Positions 1-15,200 of a DNA stretch of 64,000 nt are shown piece by piece. The DNA comes from the human T2T-CHM13v2.0 reference genome, Homo sapiens. The stretch is taken from the NCBI RefSeq assembly GCF_009914755.1, contig NC_060940.1; one strand, written 5' to 3'. The notes below the pieces were generated by a model. It was not told the origin of the DNA and did not search any database. It saw only the letters and a list, made by a program, of their open reading frames with translations. The stretch's first letter is position 1. Each line of letters opens with the position of its first letter. Both the position numbers and the translations under genes were made by a program.

Positions 1-3000
1 ATTACAGTAGAGTCCATTTGGTGATTCCACTGGATTTCTTTTGATAATGATACCATTCAATTACATTTGATGATGATCCCATTCAATTTCATTTGATGAT
101 GATTCCATTAGAGTCCATTCGATGATTTCATTCGAGTCCCTTCATTGATTCCATCCGATTTCATTGGATGATGACTCCATTCGAGTCCATTCGATGATTC
201 CACTCGATTCCATTAGATGATTCCATTGGAGTCCATTTGATTGTTCCATTCGATTCCATTCGATTCCTTTCGAAGATTATTCCATTTGAGTCCATTCGAT
301 GATGATTCCATTCCATTCCATTCGATGATTCCGTTTGATTCCATTCGATGATTCCCTTCGATTCCTTTCTTTGATGATTCCATTCCATTCCATTCAATGA
401 TTCCATTCGAATCTATTCCATGATGATTCCTTTCGATTCCATTCGCTGATGTTTCCGTTCAATTCCATTCGATGATGATTCCGTTCGATTCCATTCATTG
501 AGGATTCCATTTGATTCCATTCAATGATGATTCCATTCTATTCCATTCAATGATTGCATTCAATTCCATTCAATGATTATCCCATTAGAGTAAACTCAAC
601 GATTCCATTCAATACCATTCGATGATGATTCCTTTTGAGTCCATTCAATGATTTCATTCAAGTCCATTTGATGATTCCTTTCAATTCCATTCTATGATGA
701 TTCCATTCGAGTCCATTCGATGATTCCATTCGATTGCATTCGATGATTCCATTATATTCCATTCAACGGTGATTCCATTCGAGTCCATTCGATGATTCCA
801 TTAGAGTACATTTAATGATTGCTTTGTTTTCAATTCGAAGATGATTACATTGGATTCCATTCTATGATACCATTCGATTCCATTCAATGATGATTCCACT
901 CAAATCCATTGGATGATTCCATTCTTGTCCATTCGGTGATTTCATTAGATTCCATTCGAGGATGATTCCATTCGATTCCATTCGATGATTCCATTCAATT
1001 CCATTCGATGATGATTCCATTCCAGTCCATATGATCATTCCATTTGATTTCATTTGATGATGATTCCATTCGATTCCATTCGACGATTCCATTCTATTCC
1101 ATTCGATGATGATTCCATTCGAGTCCATTCGATCATTCCATTCGAGTCCATTTAATGATTCCATTGGGTTCAATTCAATGATGATTACATTGGATTCCGT
1201 TCTATGATTCCATTCAATTCCGTTCATTGACAATTTGATTCCATTCGATGATGATTCCATTTGAGTTCATTCGATGATTCTATTCGATTCTCTTCGATGG
1301 TGATTCAATTCTATTATATTGGATGATTCCATTCGATTCCATTTGATGTTGATTCAATTCGATTCTATTCGATGATGATTCCATTGGATTTCACTTGATG
1401 ATTCTATTCGATTCCATTCAATGATGATTCACTTCTCGTCCATTGGATGATTCCATTTCATTCCATTCGATGATGATTCCATTCGATTCCATTCGATGAT
1501 TCCATTTGATTCCATGCGACGGTGAGCAATTCGATTCAATTCCATGATGATTCTATTTGATTCAATTAGATGATGTTTCCATTCGAATCCATTCCATGAT
1601 TATTCCATTGGAATCCATTCGGCGATGATTCCATATGAGTCAATTCAATGATGATTCCATATGGGTCCGTTCGATGATAATTCCATTTGATTTCATTCGA
1701 TGCTTCTATTCTATTCCAGTCGATGATGATTCCGTTGGAGTCCATACGATGATTCCATTTGATTTCATTTGATGATGATTCCATTCGATGATGATTACAT
1801 TGGATTCCATTCTATGATTCCATTCAATTCCATTCGTTGATGATTCGATTCCATTCAATGATGATTCCATTTGAGTTCATTCGATGATTCTATTCGATTC
1901 CGTTCGATGGTGATTCAATTCTCTTATATTGGATGATTCCAGTCGATTCCATTTGATGATTATTCCATTGGAGTCCACTTAGTGAATCCTTTGGATTCTA
2001 CTCGACGATGATTCCATTCGAGTCCATTCGATGATACCATTCAATTCCATTCGTTGATGCTTCCATTCAAGTGCATTCGATGATATCATTCGATTCCATT
2101 TGATGATAATTCCATTTGATTCCATGCGATGATTCTATTCGATTCCATTCAATGATAATTCCATTCAATTCAGTGATTCCTCTGGACTCCATTTGATGAT
2201 GATTCCATTCAATGATTCCATTCGATTCTATTCGAAAATGATTCCATTTGAATCCATTTGATGATGATTCCATTAGATTCCATTTGATGATTCCATTCGA
2301 TTCCATTCGACGATGATTCCATTCGATTCCGTTTGATGATTCCATTCTATTCTATTCGATGATGATTCCATTCGATTCCATTCGATGATGATTGGATTCG
2401 ATTCCATTTGATGATTTCATTTGATTCCATTCGTTAATGATTTCGATCAATTCCATTCGATGATTCCATTCGATTCCATTGGATAATGATTACATCCGAG
2501 TCCATTCGATGATTCCATTGGAGCCTGTTCGATAATTCCATTTGAGTCCAACCAATGATTCCATTCATTTCCATTCAATGATTCCATTCGAGTCCATTTG
2601 ATCATTCCGGTAGGGTCCATTCGATGTTGATTCCATTGGAGTGCATTCGATGATTCCATTCGAGTCCATTTTAGGATTTGATTCGAGTCCTTTCGATGAT
2701 TCCATTCGATTCCACTCGATGATGATTTCATTCGAGTCCATTCGACACTTCCAATCGATTCCATTTGATGATTCCATTCGAGTCCAATTGATGATTCCAT
2801 TCAATTCCATTCGATGATGATTCCGTACGATTCCATTCTGTGATGATTCCATGTGACTGCATTCAATGATGATTCCTTTCGATTGCATTCGATTATGATT
2901 CATTTCGTGTTCATTCTATGGTTCCACAGGTTTCCATTCGTGTCCATTCCATTATTTCATTCTATTCCATTTGATGATGATTCCATTCGATTCCATTCAT

Positions 3001-6000
3001 TGGTGATTCCACTCAATTCCATTCAATGATTCCATTCCATTTCTTTCAACAATGATTCCATTAGTTTCTAATCGATGATCCACTTGATTCCATTTGACGA
3101 CGATTCCATTCTTGTCCATTCGATGATTCCATTTGATTCCATATGATGATGATTCCATTCGATTCCATACCATGATGATTCCATTCGAGTCCATTCAATG
3201 GTGATTCCATTCAATTCCATTCGATGATTCCTTTTGATTCCATTCGATGATGATGGCATTCGATTCCTTTCAATCATTCCCTTTGATTCCATTCAAAGGT
3301 GATTTCATTCAAGTCCATTCGATAATTGCATTCGATTCCATTCTATGATGATTCCATTCGAGTCCATTTGATGATTCCATTCAATTCAAGTCAATGATGA
3401 TTCCATTCGATTCCATTCGATGATTCCATTGGATTCCATTCGATGATGATTCCATTCAAATCCATTCGATAATTCAATTCAAGTCCATTCGATGATGATT
3501 CCAATCGAATCCATTCAAAGATTCCATTCAGTTCCATTCGATGATTCCCTTAGATTCCATTCGATGATTCCACTTGATTGCATTTACGATGATTCCATTC
3601 GATTCCATGTGATGATTCCATTCAATTCTATTCAATGATGTCTCCATTTGATTCCATTCGACCATGATTGCCTTTGATTCCATTCAATGACTCCATTCGG
3701 TTCCGTTTGATGATGATTCCGTTCGATTCCATTTGATGATTCCATTTGATTCCATTGGATGAGTCCATTCGATTACATTCGATGATTATTCCATTCGAGT
3801 GCATTAGATGATTCCATTCGAGTCCATTCGATGATTCCATTCGATTCCATTCGATGTTGATTCTGTTCAAATCCATTCGATGATTCCACTCGATTCCATT
3901 CGTTGACTCCAGTTGATCCCATTCGATGATTTCCTTTGATTCCCTTTGATGATCATTCCATTTGATTCAATTCGGTGATTTCATTTGATTCCATTCAGTG
4001 ATGTTTCCATTCGACTCCATTCGATGATGATTCCATTCGACTCCATTCGATTATGATTTCATTCAATTCCATTCGATAATGATTCCCTTCGAGTCCATTC
4101 GATGATTCCATTCGATTCCATTCAACGATGATTTGATTCGTGTCCATTCGATGATTCCATTTGATTCCACTTGATGATGATTCCATTCGAGTCCATTTGA
4201 TGATTCCATTCAATTAAATACTCCGATGATTTCTTTTGAGCCCACTCAATGCTTCCACTCGATTCCATATGATGATGACTCCATTCGATGAAATTCGATG
4301 ATGATTCCACTCGCTTGCTTTCGATGATGATTCCACTTGAGTCCGTTAGAAGATTCTATTCAATTACATTCCATGACGATTCCGTTCGAGTCCATTTGAT
4401 GATTCCATTAGACTCCATTCGACGATGATTCCATTCGATGTTATTCGATGATTCCATTCGATCTCATTCGATGATGATTCCATTCAACTCCATTCGATGT
4501 TTCCATTCGAGTTCATTCTATTATTCCATTAGATTCCATTCGATGATGATTCCATTCGATTCCATTTGATGATTGCATTCTATTTCATTTGATGATGATT
4601 CCATTCGAGTCCACTCGATGATTCCATTCGAGTCCATTTAATGAATCCATTGGTTTCAATTCTATGATGATTACTTTGGATTCCATTCGTTGATGATTTC
4701 ATTCGGTTCCATTCAATGATGATTCCATTCAATTCCTTTCAATGTTTCCATTCAATTCCATACGATGATGATTCCATTTGATTTGATTCGACAGTGAGCC
4801 ATTCGATTCAATTCCATGATGATTCTATTTGATTCAATTGGTTGACATTTCCATTCGATTCCATTCGATGATGATTCCCTTTGATTCCGTTCAAAGATGA
4901 TTCCATTCTAGCCCATTCAATCATTCCATTCGATTCTATTCAATGATGATTCCACTCATGTCGATTTGGTGATTCCATTTGACTTCATTTGATGATGATT
5001 CCTTTCAAGTTCATTAGATGATTCCATTCGATTCCATTTGATGATGATCCCATTCGAGTCCATTCAGTGATTCCATTCGTTTCCATTCCATGATGATTCC
5101 ATTCCTTTCCATTCAATGATTCCATTCGATTCCGTTTGATGATGATTTCATTCGAGTCCATTTGATGATTCCATTTGATTCCATTCGATGATGATTCCAT
5201 TCGAGTCCATTCGATGATTCTATTCGAATCCATTTGATGATTTCTTTTGATTATATTTGGTGATGATTCCATTGGAGTCCATTCAATGATTCCATTCTAT
5301 TCCCATCGATGATGATTCCATTAGAGTCCATTTAATTATTCCATTTGATTCCAGTCTCTGATGATTACATTCGAGTCCATACGATGATTCCACTCAATTC
5401 CATATGATGATGATTCCATTTGATTCCATTCGGTGATCCCATTCTATTCTATTCAATGGTGATTCCATTCGAGTACATTAGATGATTCCATTCGATTCCA
5501 TTCAATGATGATTCTATTTGTGTCCCTTAGATGATTCCACATGATTCCATTAGATGATGATACTATTTGAGCCCATCCAATGATTCCCTTCGATTCCATT
5601 CGATGAGGATTCCATTCGATTCAATTCATTGGTGATTCTATTCAATTCAATTCTTTGATTCCATTCCATTCCATTCGACAATGATTCCATTCGATTTCTT
5701 TCGATGATTCCACTCGATTCCACTTGACATTGATTCCATTCGATTCCATTCAATGATTCCATTTGATTCCAGTGGATGATGATTGCCATCGATTCCATTC
5801 GATCACTCCATTCTATTCCATTTGATGATGATTACATTCGATTCCATTTGATGATTCCATCTGATTCTATTCGAGGATTCCATTTGATTCCATTCGATGA
5901 TGATTCCATTCGAGTCCATTCGATGATTTCATTCGAGTACATCCAATGATTCCATTCGAGTCCATTAGATGATTCCATTTGATTCCATTTGAAAATGATT

Positions 6001-6112
6001 CTACTAGAGTCCATTCAATGACTCCATTCGAGTCCATTCAACAATTCCATTCGACTCCATTCGATGATTCCATTCGATTCCATTTGATGGTTCCATTCGA
6101 GTCCATTTAATC
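1..6112 (+). repeat. 6,112-bp higher-order unit, copy 1 (phase set arbitrarily at window start)
   Basis: Landmark ATTACAGT(A/C)GAGTCC at 1, 6113 and 12225. Marker ORFs recur at +6112 (161/6273/12385; 862/6974/13086; 2067/8179; 5550/11662). Confidence 0.97.
1558..1568 (-). promoter_or_regulatory. Candidate DUX4-type double-homeodomain site TAATTGAATCA (one per unit)
   Basis: The + strand reads TGATTCAATTA, whose reverse complement fits the DUX4 consensus TAAYBBAATCA. Also at 7670, 13769, 27212, 49981, 56278 and 58459. Motif match only; binding is not shown. Confidence 0.4.
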
Positions 6113-9100
6113 ATTACAGTCGAGTCCATTTGGTGATTCCACTGGATTTCTTTTGATAATGATACCATTCAATTACATTTGATGATGATCCCATTCAATT
6201 TCATTTGATGATGATTCCATTAGAGTCCATTCGATGATTTCATTCGAGTCCCTTCATTGATTCCATCCGATTTCATTGGATGATGACTCCATTCGAGTCC
6301 ATTCGATGATTCCACTCGATTCCATTAGATGATTCCATTGGAGTCCATTTGATTGTTCCATTCGATTCCATTCGATTCCTTTCGAAGATTATTCCATTTG
6401 AGTCCATTCGATGATGATTCCATTCCATTCCATTCGATGATTCCGTTTGATTCCATTCGATGATTCCCTTCGATTCCTTTCTTTGATGATTCCATTCCAT
6501 TCCATTCAATGATTCCATTCGAATCTATTCCATGATGATTCCTTTCGATTCCATTCGCTGATGTTTCCGTTCAATTCCATTCGATGATGATTCCGTTCGA
6601 TTCCATTCATTGAGGATTCCATTTGATTCCATTCAATGATGATTCCATTCTATTCCATTCAATGATTGCATTCAATTCCATTCAATGATTATCCCATTAG
6701 AGTAAACTCAACGATTCCATTCAATACCATTCGATGATGATTCCTTTTGAGTCCATTCAATGATTTCATTCAAGTCCATTTGATGATTCCTTTCAATTCC
6801 ATTCTATGATGATTCCATTCGAGTCCATTCGATGATTCCATTCGATTGCATTCGATGATTCCATTATATTCCATTCAACGGTGATTCCATTCGAGTCCAT
6901 TCCATGATTCCATTAGAGTATATTTAATGATTGCTTTGTTTTCAATTCGAAGATGATTACATTGGATTCCATTCTATGATACCATTCGATTCCATTCAAT
7001 GATGATTCCACTCAAATCCATTGGATGATTCCATTCGTGTCCATTCGGTGATTTCATTAGATTCCATTCGAGGATGATTCCATTCGATTCCATTCGATGA
7101 TTCCATTCAATTCCATTCGATGATGATTCCATTCCAGTCCATATGATCATTCCATTTGATTTCATTCGATGATGATTCCATTCGATTCCATTCGATGATT
7201 CCATTCTATTCCATTCGATGATGATTCCATTCGAGTCCATTCGATCATTCCATTCGAGTCCATTTAATGATTCCATTGGGTTCAATTCAATGATGATTAC
7301 ATTGGTTTCCGTTCTATGATTCCATTCAATTCCGTTCATTGACAATTTGATTCCATTCGATGATGATTCCATTTGAGTTCATTCGATGATTCTATTCGAT
7401 TCTCTTCGATGGTGATTCAATTCTATTATATTGGATGATTCCATTCGATTCCATTTGATGTTGATTCAATTCGATTCTATTCGATGATGATTCCATTGGA
7501 TTTCACTTGATGATTCTATTCGATTCCATTCAATGATGATTCACTTCTCGTCCATTGGATGATTCCATTTCATTCCATTCGATGATGATTCCATTCGATT
7601 CCATTCGATGATTCCATTTGATTCCATGCGACGGTGAGCAATTCGATTCAATTCCATGATGATTCTATTTGATTCAATTAGATGATGTTTCCATTCGAAT
7701 CCATTCCATGATTATTCCATTGGAATCCATTCGGCGATGATTCCATATGAGTCAATTCAATGATGATTCCATATGGGTCCGTTCGATGATAATTCCATTT
7801 GATTTCATTCGATGCTTCTATTCTATTCCAGTCGATGATGATTCCGTTGGAGTCCATACGATGATTCCATTTGATTTCATTTGATGATGATTCCATTCGA
7901 TGATGATTACATTGGATTCCATTCTATGATTCCATTCAATTCCATTCGTTGATGATTCGATTCCATTCAATGATGATTCCATTTGAGTTCATTCGATGAT
8001 TCTCTTCGATTCCGTTCGATGGTGATTCAATTCTCTTATATTGGATGATTCCAGTCGATTCCATTTGATGATTATTCCATTGGAGTCCACTTAGTGAATC
8101 CTTTGGATTCTACTCGACGATGATTCCATTCGAGTCCATTCGATGATACCATTCAATTCCATTCGTTGATGCTTCCATTCAAGTGCATTCGATGATATCA
8201 TTCGATTCCATTTGATGATAATTCCATTTGATTCCATGCGATGATTCTATTCGATTCCATTCAATGATAATTCCATTCAATTCAGTGATTCCTCTGGACT
8301 CCATTTGATGATGATTCCATTCAATGATTCCATTCGATTCTATTCGAAAATGATTCCATTTGAATCCATTTGATGATGATTCCATTAGATTCCATTTGAT
8401 GATTCCATTCGATTCCATTCGACGATGATTCCATTCGATTCCGTTTGATGATTCCATTCTATTCTATTCGATGATGATTCCATTCGATTCCATTCGATGA
8501 TGATTGGATTCGATTCCATTTGATGATTTCATTTGATTCCATTCGTTAATGATTTCGATCAATTCCATTCGATGATTCCATTCGATTCCATTCGATAATG
8601 ATTACATCCGAGTCCATTCGATGATTCCATTTGAGCCTGTTCGATAATTCCATTTGAGTCCAACCAATGATTCCATTCATTTCCATTCAATGATTCCATT
8701 CGAGTCCATTTGATCATTCCGGTAGGGTCCATTCGATGTTGATTCCATTGGAGTGCATTCGATGATTCCATTCGAGTCCATTTTAGGATTTGATTCGAGT
8801 CCTTTCGATGATTCCATTCGATTCCACTCGATGATGATTTCATTTGAGTCCATTCGACACTTCCAATCGATTCCATTTGATGATTCCATTCGAGTCCAAT
8901 TGATGATTCCATTCAATTCCATTCGATGATGATTCCGTACGATTCCATTCTGTGATGATTCCATGTGATTGCATTCAATGATGATTCCTTTCGATTGCAT
9001 TCGATTCTGATTCATTTCGTGTTCATTCTATGGTTCCACAGGTTTCCATTCCTGTCCATTCCATTATTCCATTCTATTCCATTTGATGATGATTCCATTC

Positions 9101-12100
9101 GATTCCATTCATTGGTGATTCCACTCAATTCCATTCAATGATTCCATTCCATTTCTTTCAACAATGATTCCATTAGTTTCTAATCGATGATCCACTTGAT
9201 TCCATTTGACGACGATTCCATTCTTGTCCATTCGATGATTCCATTTGATTCCATATGATGATGATTCCATTCGATTCCATACCATGATGATTCCATTCGA
9301 GTCCATTCAATGGTGATTCCATTCAATTCCATTCGATGATTCCTTTCGATTCCATTCGATGATGATGGCATTCGATTCCTTTCAATCATTCCCTTTGATT
9401 CCATTCAAAGGTGATTTCATTCAAGTCCATTCGATAATTGCATTCGATTCCATTCTATGATGATTCCATTCGAGTCCATTTGATGATTCCATTCAATTCA
9501 AGTCAATGATGATTCCATTCGATTCCATTCGATGATTCCATTGGATTCCATTCGATGATGATTCCATTCAAATCCATTCGATAATTCAATTCAAGTCCAT
9601 TTGATGATGATTCCAATCGAATCCATTCAAAGATTCCATTCAGTTCCATTCGATGATTCCCTTAGATTCCATTCGATGATTCCACTTGATTGCATTTACG
9701 ATGATTCCATTCGATTCCATGTGATGATTCCATTCAATTCTATTCAATGATGTCTCCATTTGATTCCATTCGACCATGATTGCCTTTGATTCCATTCAAT
9801 GATTCCATTCGGTTCCGTTTGATGATGATTTCATTCGATTCCATTTGATGATTCCATTTGATTCCATTGGATGAGTCCATTCGATTACATTCGATGATTA
9901 TTCCATTCGAGTGCATTAGATGATTCCATTCGAGTCCATTCGATGATTCCATTCGATTCCATTCGATGTTGATTCTGTTCAAATCCATTCGATGATTCCA
10001 CTCGATTCCATTCGTTGACTCCATTTGATCCCATTCGATGATTTCCTTTGATTCCCTTTGATGATCATTCCATTTGATTCAATTCGGTGATTTCATTTGA
10101 TTCCATTCAGTGATGTTTCCATTCGACTCCATTCGATGATGATTCCATTCGACTCCATTCGATTATGATTTCATTCAATTCCATTCGATAATGATTCCCT
10201 TCGAGTCCATTCGATGATTCCATTCGATTCCATTCAACGATGATTTGATTCGTGTCCATTCGATGATTCCATTTGATTCCACTTGATGATGATTCCATTC
10301 GAGTCCATTTGATGATTCCATTCAATTCCATACTCCGATGATTTCTTTTGAGCCCACTCAATGCTTCCACTCGATTCCATATGATGATGACTCCATTCGA
10401 TGAAATTCGATGATGATTCCATTCGCTTGCTTTCGATGATGATTCCACTTGAGTCCGTTAGAAGATTCTATTCAATTACATTCCATGACGATTCCGTTCG
10501 AGTCCATTTGATGATTCCATTAGACTCCATTCGACGATGATTCCATTCGATGTTATTCGATGATTCCATTCGATCTCATTCGATGATGATTCCATTCAAC
10601 TCCATTCGATGTTTCCATTCGAGTTCATTCTATTATTCCATTAGATTCCATTCGATGATGATTCCATTCGATTCCATTTGATGATTGCATTCTATTTCAT
10701 TTGATGATGATTCCATTCGAGTCCACTCGATGATTCCATTCGAGTCCATTTAATGAATCCATTGGTTTCAATTCTATGATGATTACATTGGATTCCATTC
10801 GTTGATGATTTCATTCGGTTCCATTCAATGATGATTCCATTCAATTCCTTTCAATGTTTCGATTCAATTCCATACGATGATGATTCCATTTGATTTGATT
10901 CGACAGTGAGCCATTCGATTCAATTGCATGATGATTCTATTTGATTCAATTGGTTGACATTTCCATTCGATTCCATTCGATGATGATTCCCTTTGATTCC
11001 ATTCAAAGATGATTCCATTCTAGCCCATTCAATCATTCCATTCGATTCTATTCAATGATGATTCCATTCATGTCGATTTGGTGATTCCATTTGACTTCAT
11101 TTGATGATGATTCCTTTCAAGTTCATTAGATGATTCCATTCGATTCCATTTGATGATGATCCCATTCGAGTCCATTCAGTGATTCCATTCGTTTCCATTC
11201 CATGATGATTCCATTCCTTTCCATTCAATGATTCCATTCAATTCCGTTTGATGATGATTTCATTCGACTACATTTGATGATTCCATTTGATTCCATTCGA
11301 TGATGATTCCATTCGAGTCCATTCGATGATTCTATTCGAATCCATTTGATGATTTCTTTTGATTATATTTGGTGATGATTCCATTGGAGTCCATTCAATG
11401 ATTCCATTCTATTCCAATCGATGATGATTCCATTAGAGTCCATTTAATGTTTCCAATTGATTCCAGTCTCTGATGATTACATTCGAGTCCATACGATGAT
11501 TCCACTCAATTCCATATGATGATGATTCCATTTGATTCCATTCGGTGATTCCATTCTATTCTATTCAATGGTGATTCCATTCGAGTACATTAGATGATTC
11601 CATTCGATTCCATTCAATGATGATTCTATTTGTGTCCCTTAGATGATTCCACATGATTCCATTAGATGATGATACTATTTGAGCCCATCCAATGATTCCC
11701 TTCGATTCCATTCGATGAGGATTCCATTCGATTCAATTCATTGGTGATTCTATTCAATTCAATTCTTTGATTCCATTCCATTCCATTCGACAATGATTCC
11801 ATTCGATTTCTTTCGATGATTCCACTCGATTCCACTTGACATTGATTCCATTCGATTCCATTCAATGATTCCATTTGATTCCAGTGGATGATGATTGCCA
11901 TCGATTCCATTCGATCACTCCATTCTATTCCATTTGATGATGATTACATTCGATTCCATTTGATGATTCCATCTGATTCTATTCGAGGATTCCATTTGAT
12001 TCCATTCGATGATGATTCCATTCGAGTCCATTCGATGATTTCATTCGAGTACATCCAATGATTCCATTCGAGTCCATTAGATGATTCCATTTGATTCCAT

Positions 12101-12224
12101 TTGAAAATGATTCTACTAGAGTCCATTCAATGACTCCATTCGAGTCCATTCAACAATTCCATTCGACTCCATTCGATGATTCCATTCGATTCCATTTGAT
12201 GGTTCCATTCGAGTCCATTTAATC
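6113..12224 (+). repeat. 6,112-bp higher-order unit, copy 2
   Basis: Colinear with copy 1 at a constant offset of 6112; only substitutions seen. Confidence 0.97.
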
Positions 12225-15200
12225 ATTACAGTAGAGTCCATTTGGTGATTCCACTGGATTTCTTTTGATAATGATACCATTCAATTACATTTGATGATGA
12301 TCCCATTCAATTTCATTTGATGATGATTCCATTAGAGTCCATTCGATGATTTCATTCGAGTCCCTTCATTGATTCCATCCGATTTCATTGGATGATGACT
12401 CCATTCGAGTCCATTCGATGATTCCACTCGATTCCATTAGATGATTCCATTGGAGTCCATTTGATTGTTCCATTCGATTCCATTCGATTCCTTTCGAAGA
12501 TTATTCCATTTGAGTCCATTCGATGATGATTCCATTCCATTCCATTCGATGATTCCGTTTGATTCCATTCGATGATTCCCTTCGATTCCTTTCTTTGATG
12601 ATTCCATTCCATTCCATTCAATGATTCCATTCGAATCTATTCCATGATGATTCCTTTCGATTCCATTCGCTGATGTTTCCGTTCAATTCCATTCGATGAT
12701 GATTCCATTCGATTCCATTCATTGAGTATTCCATTTGATTCCATTCAATGATGATTCCATTCTATTCCATTCAATGATTGCATTCAATTCCATTCAATGA
12801 TTATCCCATTAGAGTAAACTCAACGATTCCATTCAATACCATTCGATGATGATTCCTTTTGAGTCCATTCAATGATTTCATTCAAGTCCATTTGATGATT
12901 CCTTTCAATTCCATTCTATGATGATTCCATTCGAGTCCATTCGATGATTCCATTCGATTGCATTCGATGATTCCATTATATTCCATTCAACGATGATTCC
13001 ATTCGAGTCCATTCGATGATTCCATTAGAGTACATTTAATGATTGCTTTGTTTTCAATTCGAAGATGATTACATTCGATTCCATTCTATGATACCATTCG
13101 ATTCCATTCAATGATGATTCCACTCAAATCCATTGGATGATTCCATTCGTGTCCATTCGGTGATTTCATTAGATTCCATTCGAGGATGATTCCATTCGAT
13201 TCCATTCGATGATTCCATTCAATTCCATTCGATGATGATTCCATTCCAGTCCATATGATCATTCCATTTGATTTCATTCGATGATGATTCCATACGATTC
13301 CATTCTATTCCATTCGATGATGATTCCATTCGAGTCCATTCGATGATTCCATTCGAGTCCATTTAATGATTCCATTGGGTTCAATTCAATGATGATTACA
13401 TTGGATTCCGTTCTATGATTCCATTCAATTCCGTTCATTGACAATTTGATTCCATTCGGTGATGATTCCATTTGAGTTCATTCGATGATTCTATTCGATT
13501 CTCTTCGATGGTGATTCAATTCTATTATATTGGATGATTCCATTCGATTCCATTTGATGTTGATTCAATTCGATTCTATTCGATGATGATTCCATTGGAT
13601 TTCACTTGATGATTCTATTCGATTCCATTCAATGATGATTCACTTCTCGTCCATTGGATGATTCCATTTCATTCCATTCGATGATGATTCCATTCGATTC
13701 CATTCGATGATTCCATTTGATTCCATGCGACGGTGAGCAATTCGATTCAATTCCATGATGATTCTATTTGATTCAATTAGATGATGTTTCCATTCGAATC
13801 CATTCCATGATTATTCCATTGGAATCCATTCGGCGATGATTCCATATGAGTCAATTCAATGATGATTCCATATGGGTCCGTTCGATGATAATTCCATTTG
13901 ATTTCATTCGATGCTTCTATTCTATTCCAGTCGATGATGATTCCGTTGGAGTCCATACGGTGATTCCATTTGATTTCATTTGATGATGATTCCATTCGAT
14001 GATGATTACATTGGATTCCATTCTATGATTCCATTCAATTCCATTCGTTGATGATTCGATTCCATTCAATGATGATTCCATTTGAGTTCATTCGATGATT
14101 CTATTCGATTCCGTTCGATGGTGATTCAATTCTCTTATATTGGATGATTCCAGTCGATTCCATTTGATGATTATTCCATTGGAGTCCACTTAGTGAATCC
14201 TTTGGATTCTACTCGACGATGATTCCATTCGAGTCCATTCGATGATACCATTCAATTCCATTCGTTGATGCTTCCATTCAAGTGCATTCGATGATATCAT
14301 TCGATTCCATTTGATGATAATTCCATTTGATTCCATGCGATGATTCTATTCGATTCCATTCAATGATAATTCCATTCAATTCAGTGATTCCTCTGGACTC
14401 CATTTGATGATGATTCCATTCAATGATTCCATTCGATTCTATTCGAAAATGATTCCATTTGAATCCATTTGATGATGATTCCATTAGATTCCATTTGATG
14501 ATTCCATTCGATTCCATTCGACGATGATTCCATTCGATTCCGTTTGATGATTCCATTCTATTCTATTCGATGATGATTCCATTCGATTCCATTCGATGAT
14601 GATTGGATTCGATTCCATTTGATGATTTCATTTGATTCCATTCGTTAATGATTTCGATCAATTCCATTCGATGATTCCATTCGATTCCATTGGATAATGA
14701 TTACATCCGAGTCCATTCGATGATTCCATTTGAGCCTGTTCGATAATTCCATTTGAGTCCAACCAATGATTCCATTCATTTCCATTCAATGATTCCATTC
14801 GAGTCCATTTGATCATTCCGGTAGGGTCCATTCGATGTTGATTCCATTGGAGTGCATTCGATGATTCCATTCGAGTCCATTTTAGGATTTGATTCGAGTC
14901 CTTTCGATGATTCCATTAGATTCCACTCGATGATGATTTCATTCGAGTCCATTCGACACTTCCAATCGATTCCATTTGATGATTCCATTCGAGTCCAATT
15001 GATGATTCCATTCAATTCCATTCGATGATGATTCCGTACGATTCCATTCTGTGATGATTCCATGTGATTGCATTCAATGATGATTCCTTTCGATTGCATT
15101 CGATTATGATTCATTTCGTGTTCATTCTATGGTTCCACAGGTTTCCATTCGTGTCCATTCCATTATTCCATTCTATTCCATTTGGTGATGATTCCATTCG

